A stretch of 37,059 bases of DNA. It comes from Candidatus Shapirobacteria bacterium (lineage in GTDB: Bacteria > Patescibacteriota > Microgenomatia > 0-14-0-10-38-17). Under the pieces are notes generated by a model, which saw only the letters and a program-made list of their open reading frames with translations, was not told the DNA's origin and ran no database searches. The stretch lies in contig JAQVFF010000001.1 in the NCBI GenBank assembly GCA_028697345.1, forward strand, positions 1 to 37,059, read 5' to 3'. A program made the translations under genes and the position numbers. Below are positions 1 through 8,221 of the stretch, piece after piece (the stretch's first letter is position 1; the number at the start of each line of letters is the position of its first letter).

Positions 1-151
1 TTCTTTTTCAACTCAAGAGCACTTTTAGGAGTCTTTTTCTTATCGGGAGCCTGAAGGTGACAACAAAGATAAGATGCGCTTGGCTGATTGCTTGTCTTAG
101 CAGCTAGCAGGCAAAGAAAAAACCAAAGACTAACTCTAAAATGGTTGTCAA
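1..151 (-). CDS. possible 5' part of a hypothetical exported/membrane protein (continues beyond window start)
   Basis: Own minus-strand translation: open frame from TTG at 149-151 down to position 2 with no stop. It reads LTTILELVFGFFLCLLAAKTSNQPSASYLCCHLQAPDKKK..., a hydrophobic anchor-like N-terminus. Absent from the ORF track because no stop lies in the window. Only about 50 codons are visible. Confidence 0.25.
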
Positions 152-272
152 TCGCTTTATTTTTAGAGGAATTTTTTTGATTGACTAAGCTTGTAGAAGT
201 TTTAAAAAGTTATTTTCGGACGGGAGGTCACACCTCCCCATCTCCACCAAAGTAAAATTTAAAAGTTTTAGT

Positions 273-2075
273 TTAATTTAAAACTATCTTCAGAAGCTGA
301 TCAGAGGTAGCAATCACCGCTACGGTTTCGTCAGGAGAAACAATTAACCCTTGAGCTTGATCAAGGTCAAGGGCTCTAACCTCGATATCGACTTGGCCGG
401 TTTCTTTATTAACTGTTAAAAATCGATGATTTTCTTTATCAACCAGGTAAATATTATCAAAGTCTGCGCCAGTATAAATCAAAACCTGATCACCTAAATC
501 GGCAATATGATAAGTGTCGTCCAAATAGCCCTGATAAAGACGATAAAGCTTGCCGGAAACCAGCCAAATGGCTGAATCAATGGTTATTGTTGAGCCGTCA
601 ACCACTTGGGGTAATTCTTCCTTATTCCATTTCCTGACTGCTCCAAAACCACTTTGGGTAGCCGGATATTGCCAAACAATGTTGTTCTGACTGTCTAAAA
701 GATATAAATTACCCAACCAGCCATAAAAGTCAACTATCTTTCCCCAAGAATCATCAATTTCAATAATTTTAGTTAGTTTGTTATTGGTAATTTCATAAAA
801 ACCATCATCGGCCAACAAAATGATTTTACCGGCCTGAGAAAAAAGCTTAGTGGCTTTTTTAATTTTTTCATCACCTAAAAGAACTGCTGATTTTTTATCT
901 TCCCAACCTAAAGAGTAAACCTTGCCGCTATCATTGTCTAAAATGAAAATCGTTTTACCAGAACCAGCCAAATGGGCAATTTTTAAATCCGAACTAATCT
1001 CCGACAATGAAAAAAACTCAGTCAGGCTGTCAGTTGGTGGTGGAGGAGTTTGAGTTAAGGAAGTCAGTAATTGGTCTAAGTCTTGTTTAAGATGATCGGC
1101 CTCTTGTTTGTTGGAGCTATCAAAAGAAACCGAACCCAGCAGACCTTGAGCCTCGTTGGTAATTTTAATCGCCTGATCCTTATCCAGTGAAGATAAGCTT
1201 TGGGCTTCCTGATATTTTTCCCGAACCTGGCTAATAACTTCTTGCGCCTGTTGACGACGATTTAGGTTCCTTTGCCGAAAGAAAAAATAACCTCCCAACG
1301 ATAATGCCAAAACCAATGCCAAACTAACAACAAGAACTGGCCAACGACCTGAAGAAAGAAGAGAGCTGAAACTATTGGGTAAAGAAAAAGACAGTTTCCT
1401 TTGTTGATCGCCAGAGGAAGAAGTCGATCTAGTGTTGACTGGCTCTCCTTGAGCGGCCAATTCAATCACCAAACCAGCGGCATTATTATTATCGGAAACC
1501 GACAATAAACCCCCCGATAATTTCTCGGCGGTTTTTTTCAAATCTTCTTGACTAAGAGCCTGTTGAATCAGATCGTCCCTTAGAATGTAAAAACCGGTTG
1601 TTCCCAAAACAACCAAATCGCCTCTTTCCGCCTTGCCAGAAGAAGAAACCACTTGACCATCAGCCTCACCAACTAAAACCGCCGAAATGGTTGGCCCCCG
1701 CTTAACCAAAACCTTACCTTCGCCCAAGACAGCAAAATACCATACCCCTCGCCAAAAAACACCGGCAACAATCTCAACAGAAAAATCAATTTGGCTGGAA
1801 GCAACCTCCTGAGCAATCGCTTCCAATGAATTAACCAATCTTTGCATCGGTAAACCGCTAGCTTGATCATAATATTCCTTCTGGAGTCGGTCGATTAATT
1901 CTTGCCCGAATTCTGAATTGGCTCCCTCCTGATCAGACAAAGAAAAACAGGCCAATAACGAACCTCTCTTTTCCAATAAATCTTTGTTTTCCGGAGTAAA
2001 AAAATAACTCTGGGCCCAACCAGTATCATCGCTATTGCCCAAAATTTTGGCTACTTTTAAAGAAAAATTGCTCAT
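273..2075 (-). CDS. membrane protein: N-terminal PP2C/SpoIIE-like (possibly degenerate) phosphatase domain, one TM, coiled coil, C-terminal beta-repeat (propeller-like) ectodomain
   Basis: 600-aa ORF. PP2C-like block order recognised by eye (..FAVLGEGKVLVKRG.., ..GDLVVLGTTGFYIL.., ..SDNNNAAGLVIEL..). TM segment WPVLVVSLALVLALSLGGYFFF. C-terminal half is repetitive and beta-strand rich. Confidence 0.7.
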   Translation of the reverse strand: MSNFSLKVAKILGNSDDTGWAQSYFFTPENKDLLEKRGSLLACFSLSDQEGANSEFGQELIDRLQKEYYDQASGLPMQRLVNSLEAIAQEVASSQIDFSVEIVAGVFWRGVWYFAVLGEGKVLVKRGPTISAVLVGEADGQVVSSSGKAERGDLVVLGTTGFYILRDDLIQQALSQEDLKKTAEKLSGGLLSVSDNNNAAGLVIELAAQGEPVNTRSTSSSGDQQRKLSFSLPNSFSSLLSSGRWPVLVVSLALVLALSLGGYFFFRQRNLNRRQQAQEVISQVREKYQEAQSLSSLDKDQAIKITNEAQGLLGSVSFDSSNKQEADHLKQDLDQLLTSLTQTPPPPTDSLTEFFSLSEISSDLKIAHLAGSGKTIFILDNDSGKVYSLGWEDKKSAVLLGDEKIKKATKLFSQAGKIILLADDGFYEITNNKLTKIIEIDDSWGKIVDFYGWLGNLYLLDSQNNIVWQYPATQSGFGAVRKWNKEELPQVVDGSTITIDSAIWLVSGKLYRLYQGYLDDTYHIADLGDQVLIYTGADFDNIYLVDKENHRFLTVNKETGQVDIEVRALDLDQAQGLIVSPDETVAVIATSDQLLKIVLN

Positions 2076-2147
2076 GTCTGTTAAAACTAACTAAATATTA
2101 GCAAAAAACCAACACCTATTTCAATAAGACTGTTTGCTAACAATTAA

Positions 2148-2381
2148 CTAAATCAGCCTAATCAAGAAAAAACTTAAAAAACCAAAAATAGCCAAAGCCA
2201 GTAATAACCAGTTACCACTTTTCAACAAAAAATCCATATTGGTCTTAAAAAGATTGCTCATCAGGCTAATTTGCCGACCAACAATCAATAAAAAAATAGT
2301 CTGACCCAAAAACAGAAATGGCAAAAACCATTTTAATAAAAAAACTAAACCAAAGCCGTTAAACAAGTTGTCCAATTCCAT
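2148..2381 (-). CDS. small hydrophobic membrane protein (about 3 TM), unknown function
   Basis: 77-aa ORF, almost entirely hydrophobic. Starts 7 nt downstream of the co-directional 2389-3087 gene. Confidence 0.5.
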   Translation of the reverse strand: MELDNLFNGFGLVFLLKWFLPFLFLGQTIFLLIVGRQISLMSNLFKTNMDFLLKSGNWLLLALAIFGFLSFFLIRLI

Positions 2382-2388
2382 GGTTTTT

Positions 2389-3087
2389 TTAATCGGTAGC
2401 GGCTTCCCGCAATTTTCTTAAAGTGCTGGCTACTTCAGCCGGATGGGGCACTCTAAGAAATTCAATCTGAGGCTTGGCGCCAGCAGTTTGAATATAAACA
2501 TCGCCAAAATTAAAAACAATTCCCAACAAACCGCCCATGTTATGGGTAACGTCTTCTATTTTATCTAGATTGGCATCCGATACTTCCCGGTAGATAAGAT
2601 CGTGGAAGTCAATGTCAATTACTCGCTTATCAGAGATAATACTAACATTAAAGTACCAACTCAATAGCCCCGACCAGGCAACCAGTAAAGTTAATAACAG
2701 CCAAGCATAAACAGCTGCTGCTTCCAAGCTGGAGGATAAAAAGTTTAACCAACCAAAATGAAAAGCAAAGAACATGATAAAAAACATAACCAAACCTAAC
2801 GCTACCCAGGGCGCATTGGTAATTGGATGGCGACGCAAGACTACTAAGACTTCTTCATCTTGGGCTTTATCGGCAAAATTAACTCCTCGGGGCTCAACCG
2901 ATAAACCGACCCCAGCGCGAATTTCTTGAGCAATATCATGATAAATTTCTTTTTTATTCTTTTTTTTCTTTTTTTTAAGAGAGGAGCCTGGTGGTGTTTT
3001 TTTTAAACTCGAGGTCTCCTGAGGGTGACCGCTCTTGGAGTCTTTGCTTGTCTCGTCTTTTTCAGGGGCTTTATAAATAAGGGCCAT
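2389..3087 (-). CDS. membrane-flanked bacterial PH-domain protein (YdbS/YdbT-like, DUF304 type) with a disordered Lys-rich N-terminus
   Basis: 232-aa ORF. Two TM helices (WVALGLVMFFIMFFAF.., AVYAWLLLTLLVAWSGLL) followed by ..ISDKRVIDIDF...GDVYIQTAG...IEFLRVPHP.., the typical bPH_2 layout. N-terminus contains SLKKKKKKNKK. Confidence 0.7.
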   Translation of the reverse strand: MALIYKAPEKDETSKDSKSGHPQETSSLKKTPPGSSLKKKKKKNKKEIYHDIAQEIRAGVGLSVEPRGVNFADKAQDEEVLVVLRRHPITNAPWVALGLVMFFIMFFAFHFGWLNFLSSSLEAAAVYAWLLLTLLVAWSGLLSWYFNVSIISDKRVIDIDFHDLIYREVSDANLDKIEDVTHNMGGLLGIVFNFGDVYIQTAGAKPQIEFLRVPHPAEVASTLRKLREAATD

Positions 3088-3219
3088 ACTTATAAAATTT
3101 CTAGTTCCTAATTTCTAATAAAAATCCAATTATCAATTTCCCATCTAAAACAATGAACAAGTAAGTTTAGGGTAATGGGCAAAAAAGTTTTTTAAACTTT
3201 GAGCTTATATTATTATATC

Positions 3220-4911
3220 TTATTTCTTTTCGATATTAAAAAGAGGGGAGCGAATGGCAACAAATCCTGGCGCTCGCAAATTAAAGGCCTCCAAGAATTC
3301 CGATCCTGAAATAGACACCTCGCCTTTGTTAGTTTGGAAAATAACCGTGCTGGTTTGGCCATCATTGCCATAACGAACCGAAACCGACGAAACACCTGTA
3401 TAGGCTCCGCCGTTTTCGTTGGCCTTATTCTTCATTTCCTCTAAAGAATAAGGGTCGCCGGTAACGCCGTTAATTGGACACTGGTTAATAGTGACCGGTA
3501 AAATTCGAGCGTCGTCACGATGTTTTTTCAACACCAACCAAGCATTAAGAATATCGGCCATTTCTGCTTCCGTTAGCCAAGGATGAGATCGGCCGCAGGT
3601 ACCAGTATCGGTGTTGAAACCTTTGGTGTACCAAGAGCTATAAAACCAAGGCGAACCGGCCTTGCTTTCCCAAGCTCTAGTGGCGAAACCCTCGCCTCCT
3701 TGACCGTCAGTGGTATCCCAACCAGAAGTAGTTAAATACCCTCCCGCGGTCGAGGAATAATAAGTAATCACATCTTCAATTACCTTGCCCCTGGTTTCCT
3801 GAACCGCCTCCCGCCAAGCCGAGGGCGGATTGTCCGCCTTGCTTTTAGAAAAAACCTGACAGGCCTGAGTGGTACAGATCGCGCTTCCGTTCTGTTTATA
3901 GCGGTAAGCATAGGTTCGGGCGGCAATCGCCTGAGCCTTTAAGGCTTCCTTGGGCCAACTTGAAGGCATCTCGGCAATCCCCATCAAGTAATATTCTTCA
4001 AAGTTAAGCGAACCATAACCCTGCACCTGAATATCACCATTAGTATCCTTGCCAACCGGCTCCTTGCCATAATAAGCCCTCAGAACCTCAACATAATTTT
4101 GACCCGCTTCTACTCGACCTTTGGCCCCATACTGACTCATACCCTTACGGTGAGTCCAAGCGCCAAAAGAAAAAGCGGCAAACCAAGTCCCCCCGCCCGG
4201 ATTACAATAAGAAGGACTACCCGGAGGTCCGGAACAAGCAATATTGGAAACCGGTACTTCGCCAACTGCCGAAGTAAAACTGCCGGACCGGGCGGCTAAC
4301 AATTCCTTCTGTTTGGCCGATAATTGGGCTTTATACTGTTCAGCACTTTCAATTTCTCCTTCTAAAAACTCCCGTCTTTGAGCAAAAGAAGCCTTGGCTA
4401 TCGCCAGATCCTGACGAACCTTCTCCAGGGAATCTTTGTCACGTTTTAACTGAACCAGATTCTCAGCAATAGCAATTAACTCGGTGCGATCTTTGCGAGC
4501 CGCCACTTTAGAAAAAGACACTTCCCGAGCCAAATCAGCCGCTTCGCCTTCTCCGGCAAAAATAGTTAACAAAGGAGAGGAAGAAGTGCGTTGTTTAATA
4601 TATTGGCTTCTAACCCGCTGGTCAAACATCGCTTTTTGATAAATCAATTCTTCGGTCCGCTCCTCAATTTCCCAAGCTAATTGGCGAACCCGTTGTTCGA
4701 CACCGCCAATCCGGTTTTGAACATCAACAATTTTATTGTAAAGATCACCAGACTCTTGTTTTAGAGGACCAATTGCGGCGGTAATGTTAGCCAGCTCTCT
4801 TTCAATTTCCTCCAAACTCATTTCATCGATGGATTTAGAATAAACCCCAGGGGTGTTAGCTAAAACGAAAACTGATAAAATCAATAACAGTACTATTAAA
4901 ACCTTTTTCAT
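3220..4911 (-). CDS. secreted SpoIID/LytB-domain protein with a long N-terminal coiled coil (peptidoglycan remodelling)
   Basis: 563-aa ORF. Signal peptide MKKVLIVLLLILSVFVLA. Coiled coil at about aa 30-210. SpoIID hallmarks ..EALKAQAIAARTYAYRY.. and ..YYSSTAGGYL... Confidence 0.85.
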   Translation of the reverse strand: MKKVLIVLLLILSVFVLANTPGVYSKSIDEMSLEEIERELANITAAIGPLKQESGDLYNKIVDVQNRIGGVEQRVRQLAWEIEERTEELIYQKAMFDQRVRSQYIKQRTSSSPLLTIFAGEGEAADLAREVSFSKVAARKDRTELIAIAENLVQLKRDKDSLEKVRQDLAIAKASFAQRREFLEGEIESAEQYKAQLSAKQKELLAARSGSFTSAVGEVPVSNIACSGPPGSPSYCNPGGGTWFAAFSFGAWTHRKGMSQYGAKGRVEAGQNYVEVLRAYYGKEPVGKDTNGDIQVQGYGSLNFEEYYLMGIAEMPSSWPKEALKAQAIAARTYAYRYKQNGSAICTTQACQVFSKSKADNPPSAWREAVQETRGKVIEDVITYYSSTAGGYLTTSGWDTTDGQGGEGFATRAWESKAGSPWFYSSWYTKGFNTDTGTCGRSHPWLTEAEMADILNAWLVLKKHRDDARILPVTINQCPINGVTGDPYSLEEMKNKANENGGAYTGVSSVSVRYGNDGQTSTVIFQTNKGEVSISGSEFLEAFNLRAPGFVAIRSPLFNIEKK

Positions 4912-5060
4912 AACAATTAAACTATCGCGTGGCTAATGAGTTTCTCTTAAAAAGAAATTGACTTTTCTAGTCTTATCCTATCAAACTTAGCTTTTTTTTG
5001 CTATGATTGATAAAATAAGTGACCTTGGACAAAGAGCTAAATACCTATGCTACATTAAAA

Positions 5061-5816
5061 ATGAAAAGAGGATTATTTCGACTGACGTTATTTATTGTTT
5101 TCTTTTTTTTGTTTAACCAACAGGCACGTAGCGCTTGTAATAGTTTTTCAGCCAGCACTAGTACCAATAGTGCCCACGTTTCCGTAAGGGCATCTGGGTG
5201 TGATCCTGACGGTAGATACTTGGTTCAAATAATTCAAAATGACAACGTCATTGAGGCCAATGAATTTTTTGTAAACACAGGCGAGGGTGAGGCAACTTTT
5301 TATTTAAGCGAAGAAGGAAATTATCAAGCTCGATTGTTCTTTGCAACCGATCTAATTGCTTCAACAAACTTTTCGATCCAAAATACTGTTCCCTTGAGTT
5401 GTGGTGATCCCTGTAATCCTAATGACTTAAATTGTCCTCCGGAATGTCCCTCAAGAAGCGTGGGTGCTGGTACTGCTTGGTATTGCCTTAGACCAGAAGA
5501 CTCTTATCCTGGAGAACCTGAGCCTATCGTTCAAGAAGGTTGTGTCGAAACTGCTCTTGGCTGTATTCCAGGCAATCATGAAGAGATGGTTAAATGGATA
5601 TTCCCTTATCTTTTAGGCCTGGGTGGGTTATTAGCCTTTGGCTTAATTGTCTTCTCCGGTATTCAAATATTAACCTCGGGAGGCAATCCAGAAAAAATCC
5701 AAGGTGCCAAAGAGACCATCACTTCAGCCATAACCGGATTACTGTTTATTATCTTGTCTTTATTTCTACTACGGCTGATTGGTATTAATATACTTGGATT
5801 GAAAGGGTTGAATTAA
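5061..5816 (+). CDS. pilin paralog 0: exported beta-rich plus Cys-rich N-terminal module fused to a C-terminal TrbC/VirB2-like T4SS pilin domain
   Basis: The ORF track starts at GTG 5019. ATG 5061 gives a signal peptide, MKRGLFRLTLFIVFFFLFNQQARS/AC. The C-terminal 90 aa (..YLLGLGGLLAFGLIVFSGIQILTSGGNPEKIQGAKETITSAITGLLFIILSLFLL..) aligns with the seven downstream pilin-like ORFs. Confidence 0.75.
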   Translation: MKRGLFRLTLFIVFFFLFNQQARSACNSFSASTSTNSAHVSVRASGCDPDGRYLVQIIQNDNVIEANEFFVNTGEGEATFYLSEEGNYQARLFFATDLIASTNFSIQNTVPLSCGDPCNPNDLNCPPECPSRSVGAGTAWYCLRPEDSYPGEPEPIVQEGCVETALGCIPGNHEEMVKWIFPYLLGLGGLLAFGLIVFSGIQILTSGGNPEKIQGAKETITSAITGLLFIILSLFLLRLIGINILGLKGLN

Positions 5817-5850
5817 CAAAACAAACACTTTATATTAAAATAAAAAAGAA

Positions 5851-6198
5851 ATGATCAAAAAAGGCTCTTTGTTGGCACAAACAGTTAGTTTACCTGATTA
5901 CTCCGATATCACCGGAATCGAAAGCAATGCTCCTATTAGGGGTTGGACCAACATCGGCCAAATCGTATCTTCGGCGCTTACTTATGTCTTTCCTATTGCC
6001 GGCATTTTAGTTTTTATTTACCTTATTTATGGGGGGATAAATCTTATGATCGCTATTGGCAACGAAGAAGGCATTAGGGAAGGTAAAGCCAAAATCACCA
6101 ATGCCTTGATTGGGTTTGTTATTATTTTTGTTGCCTACTGGATAGTCCAAGCCTTGGAAATAGTTTTGGGTGTTACCTTGCTCGACTGGGGTACTTAA
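5851..6198 (+). CDS. TrbC/VirB2-like T4SS pilin paralog 1
   Basis: 115 aa. Shows the helix / charged loop / helix core shared by the array (..IYLIYGGINLMIAIGNEEGIREGKAKITNALIGFVIIF..). Confidence 0.8.
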   Translation: MIKKGSLLAQTVSLPDYSDITGIESNAPIRGWTNIGQIVSSALTYVFPIAGILVFIYLIYGGINLMIAIGNEEGIREGKAKITNALIGFVIIFVAYWIVQALEIVLGVTLLDWGT

Positions 6199-6233
6199 TT
6201 TCAAAATAACTAAAAAAATAATAATCTAAACTA

Positions 6234-6569
6234 ATGAATCACGATAATATATTGGCTGTTGACATTGGGACAGATTTCAAAATTACTCCAAACATGGGAA
6301 TTGGAGAAGCTAATCAATTTAGATCTATCGGCGGCCTCATTTCAACCGTTTTGCCTAATGTTTATCTCTTGGCCGGTCTGATATTGTTGTTCTTCTTGAT
6401 TTTCGGCGGTTTGGCAGTTATATTGGGAGCAGGAAAGGGTAATCAAGAACAGGTTGAAAAAGGCAAAAAAGTTTTAACCGGCACCCTAATTGGGTTTTTG
6501 GTTGTTTTTGCCAGTTTTTGGGTTGTTCAAATTTTAGGAATTATTACCGGAGTAAAAATCTTTAATTAA
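6234..6569 (+). CDS. TrbC/VirB2-like T4SS pilin paralog 2
   Basis: 111 aa. Core ..FLIFGGLAVILGAGKGNQEQVEKGKKVLTGTLIGFLVVF... Confidence 0.8.
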   Translation: MNHDNILAVDIGTDFKITPNMGIGEANQFRSIGGLISTVLPNVYLLAGLILLFFLIFGGLAVILGAGKGNQEQVEKGKKVLTGTLIGFLVVFASFWVVQILGIITGVKIFN

Positions 6570-6584
6570 ACTAAAAATAAAAAA

Positions 6585-6929
6585 ATGAACATTCTACAGG
6601 TTGTTGGTACAATTCAACCTCCTAGTCAAATCACCCCAATAGAAGAGGGAGGCTTAGGTAGTTTCTTAAAAAATATTTTTATTCTTTTGATTGTCGGGGC
6701 GGGGATATTTGCTCTTTTTAATTTCATCCGAGCCGGTTACGCCTATATGGGTGCCAAAGACGATAAAGAAAAAATTAAAGAAGCTACTGCCATGATTATT
6801 AATAGTATTATTGGTCTACTGATTGTTGCCTCTGCTTTTGTAATTGCCGCCCTGGTTGGCCAATTGTTCTTTGGCCGTTGGGATTTTATTATCAGGCCGA
6901 CAATTTTGGGACCAGGAGCATCAGAATAG
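6585..6929 (+). CDS. TrbC/VirB2-like T4SS pilin paralog 3
   Basis: 114 aa. Core ..FNFIRAGYAYMGAKDDKEKIKEATAMIINSIIGLLIV... C-terminal tail ..FIIRPTILGPGAS. Confidence 0.8.
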   Translation: MNILQVVGTIQPPSQITPIEEGGLGSFLKNIFILLIVGAGIFALFNFIRAGYAYMGAKDDKEKIKEATAMIINSIIGLLIVASAFVIAALVGQLFFGRWDFIIRPTILGPGASE

Positions 6930-6948
6930 TTAATGTAAAATTATTTTT

Positions 6949-7314
6949 ATGAGATTTTTTATCAATAAAGTTTTCGCCCAAACTCAAATAGGAGATTTTT
7001 CAGAAGGACCATGGATAGTTCCAAGAGGAAACGATCTTGGTGGCCAAATAGCCGACATTGTTTCCGTTGTTATTGGTATTTTAACGGTTCTGGCTATTAT
7101 TTGGTTTATTATTGAATTCGTTGTTTCCGGCTATATGTTAATTAGTTCTACCGGAGACCAAGAAAAAACCGCTGAAGCCAAAAAAAGACTAACTCAGTCA
7201 CTTATCGGCTTGGTTATTGTTCTTAGCGCTATCGTCCTAATTAATGTCATTGCCTACATTTTCAATATTGATTTCTTAAATATTGGTGAATATCTTAACA
7301 ACTTAAGTTTTTAA
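6949..7314 (+). CDS. TrbC/VirB2-like T4SS pilin paralog 4
   Basis: 121 aa. Core ..FVVSGYMLISSTGDQEKTAEAKKRLTQSLIGLVIVL... Confidence 0.8.
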   Translation: MRFFINKVFAQTQIGDFSEGPWIVPRGNDLGGQIADIVSVVIGILTVLAIIWFIIEFVVSGYMLISSTGDQEKTAEAKKRLTQSLIGLVIVLSAIVLINVIAYIFNIDFLNIGEYLNNLSF

Positions 7315-7319
7315 AAAAC

Positions 7320-7697
7320 ATGGCCATCTTAACTTTAATTGCCGATCGGATCCAAAATCCACTTCTTCCTGATCAAGTATCGACTATGGACCAAACCCCG
7401 GCCATACTTAGCCAAACCTTAAGCAATGTTTTGACCCTGCTATTAATCGGTGCCGGAGTAGCTTTTTTTTTCATGTTTGTTGCCGGAGGATTAAGATGGA
7501 TTTTATCAGCCGGAGATAAAGAAAAAGTTGAAGGAGCCAAAAAGCAAATTTCTTCGGCCATAATCGGTTTAGTATTAATCTTGCTGGTCTTTGCTGTTGT
7601 CAGTTTAATTAGAACTCTTTTTGGCATCAATTTAGTGAGGTTTAACTTGCCCAGATTATTTAGTGGACCAAGTAGACTTGTTTTTGTGACCCTGTAA
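7320..7697 (+). CDS. TrbC/VirB2-like T4SS pilin paralog 5
   Basis: 125 aa. Core ..FFFMFVAGGLRWILSAGDKEKVEGAKKQISSAIIGLVLIL... Closest paralog of the next gene. Contains a T9 run at 7463-7471. Confidence 0.8.
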   Translation: MAILTLIADRIQNPLLPDQVSTMDQTPAILSQTLSNVLTLLLIGAGVAFFFMFVAGGLRWILSAGDKEKVEGAKKQISSAIIGLVLILLVFAVVSLIRTLFGINLVRFNLPRLFSGPSRLVFVTL

Positions 7698-7832
7698 CGG
7701 GCAGATGGACAGGATCAGGTTGTGTCCCAGGACAAGCAGGAGCAAACTGTCAATAATAAATATCACTTAGTTTAAAAATTAGATTCTTAGTATTTTTTAT
7801 ATTAAAATAAAGAAAGAAGGGAGGTGAAAGAA

Positions 7833-8213
7833 ATGAATAATGTTTTAAATAGGGTTGGTTCGGCTATACTGGGAGTTGTTTACGCCCAAGAAATCGCCAT
7901 TCAACCGCCAGACAGTGCTGGGACCCTAAACACCATTACTGTTGAAAATTTAATTTCCGGAACCATCACTTTAGTTTTCATTGCCGCTTCCTTGGTTTTT
8001 TTCTTTATGCTAGTGGCTGGAGGCATTAAGTGGATGATGGCCGGAGGCGATAAAGAAAAAGCCGGCGAAGCTCGAAGCCAATTAACTTCAGCTCTAATTG
8101 GTTTGATTGTTATCTTTCTGGCTTGGGCCATTTCTAAATTATTAGAAACCTTGTTTGGTGTTAATATTTTGGGAGGGTTCAGAATTCCTAATTTTTTTGG
8201 TCCAGCTTCTTAA
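7833..8213 (+). CDS. TrbC/VirB2-like T4SS pilin paralog 6
   Basis: The track starts at GTG 7824. ATG 7833 sits about 10 nt after a strong SD (AAGGGAGG, 7815-7822). Core ..FFFMLVAGGIKWMMAGGDKEKAGEARSQLTSALIGLIVIF... Confidence 0.8.
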   Translation: MNNVLNRVGSAILGVVYAQEIAIQPPDSAGTLNTITVENLISGTITLVFIAASLVFFFMLVAGGIKWMMAGGDKEKAGEARSQLTSALIGLIVIFLAWAISKLLETLFGVNILGGFRIPNFFGPAS

Positions 8214-8221
8214 AATAAGAT

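Noticed and set aside
222-238. A GC-rich hairpin, GGGAGGT-CAC-ACCTCCC, 35 nt downstream of the 273-2075 gene, considered as an intrinsic terminator.
   Set aside because: The 7-bp stem is real, but no U-tract follows it on either strand. It was therefore not called as a terminator and may instead be a stability or processing element.
951-974. The Walker-A-like sequence AGSGKT in the 600-aa membrane protein.
   Set aside because: It lies in the predicted extracellular beta-repeat region and has no Walker B or P-loop NTPase context, so it is probably fortuitous.
4909-4922. The 14-mer GTTTAATTGTTATG is shared by the start regions of the SpoIID-domain gene (reverse complement of 4909-4922) and the four-helix-bundle gene (14814-14827).
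   Set aside because: Several exact 14-mer repeats are expected by chance in an A/T-rich 37-kb window on both strands. There is no 8-bp periodic array at the SpoIID site.
7695-7772. In-frame stop-codon read-through of pilin 5 (TAA, then RADGQDQVVSQDKQEQTVNNKYHLV).
   Set aside because: The read-through peptide is hydrophilic and unlike any paralog tail. The -1 frame is more protein-like and is reported separately as a hypothesis.
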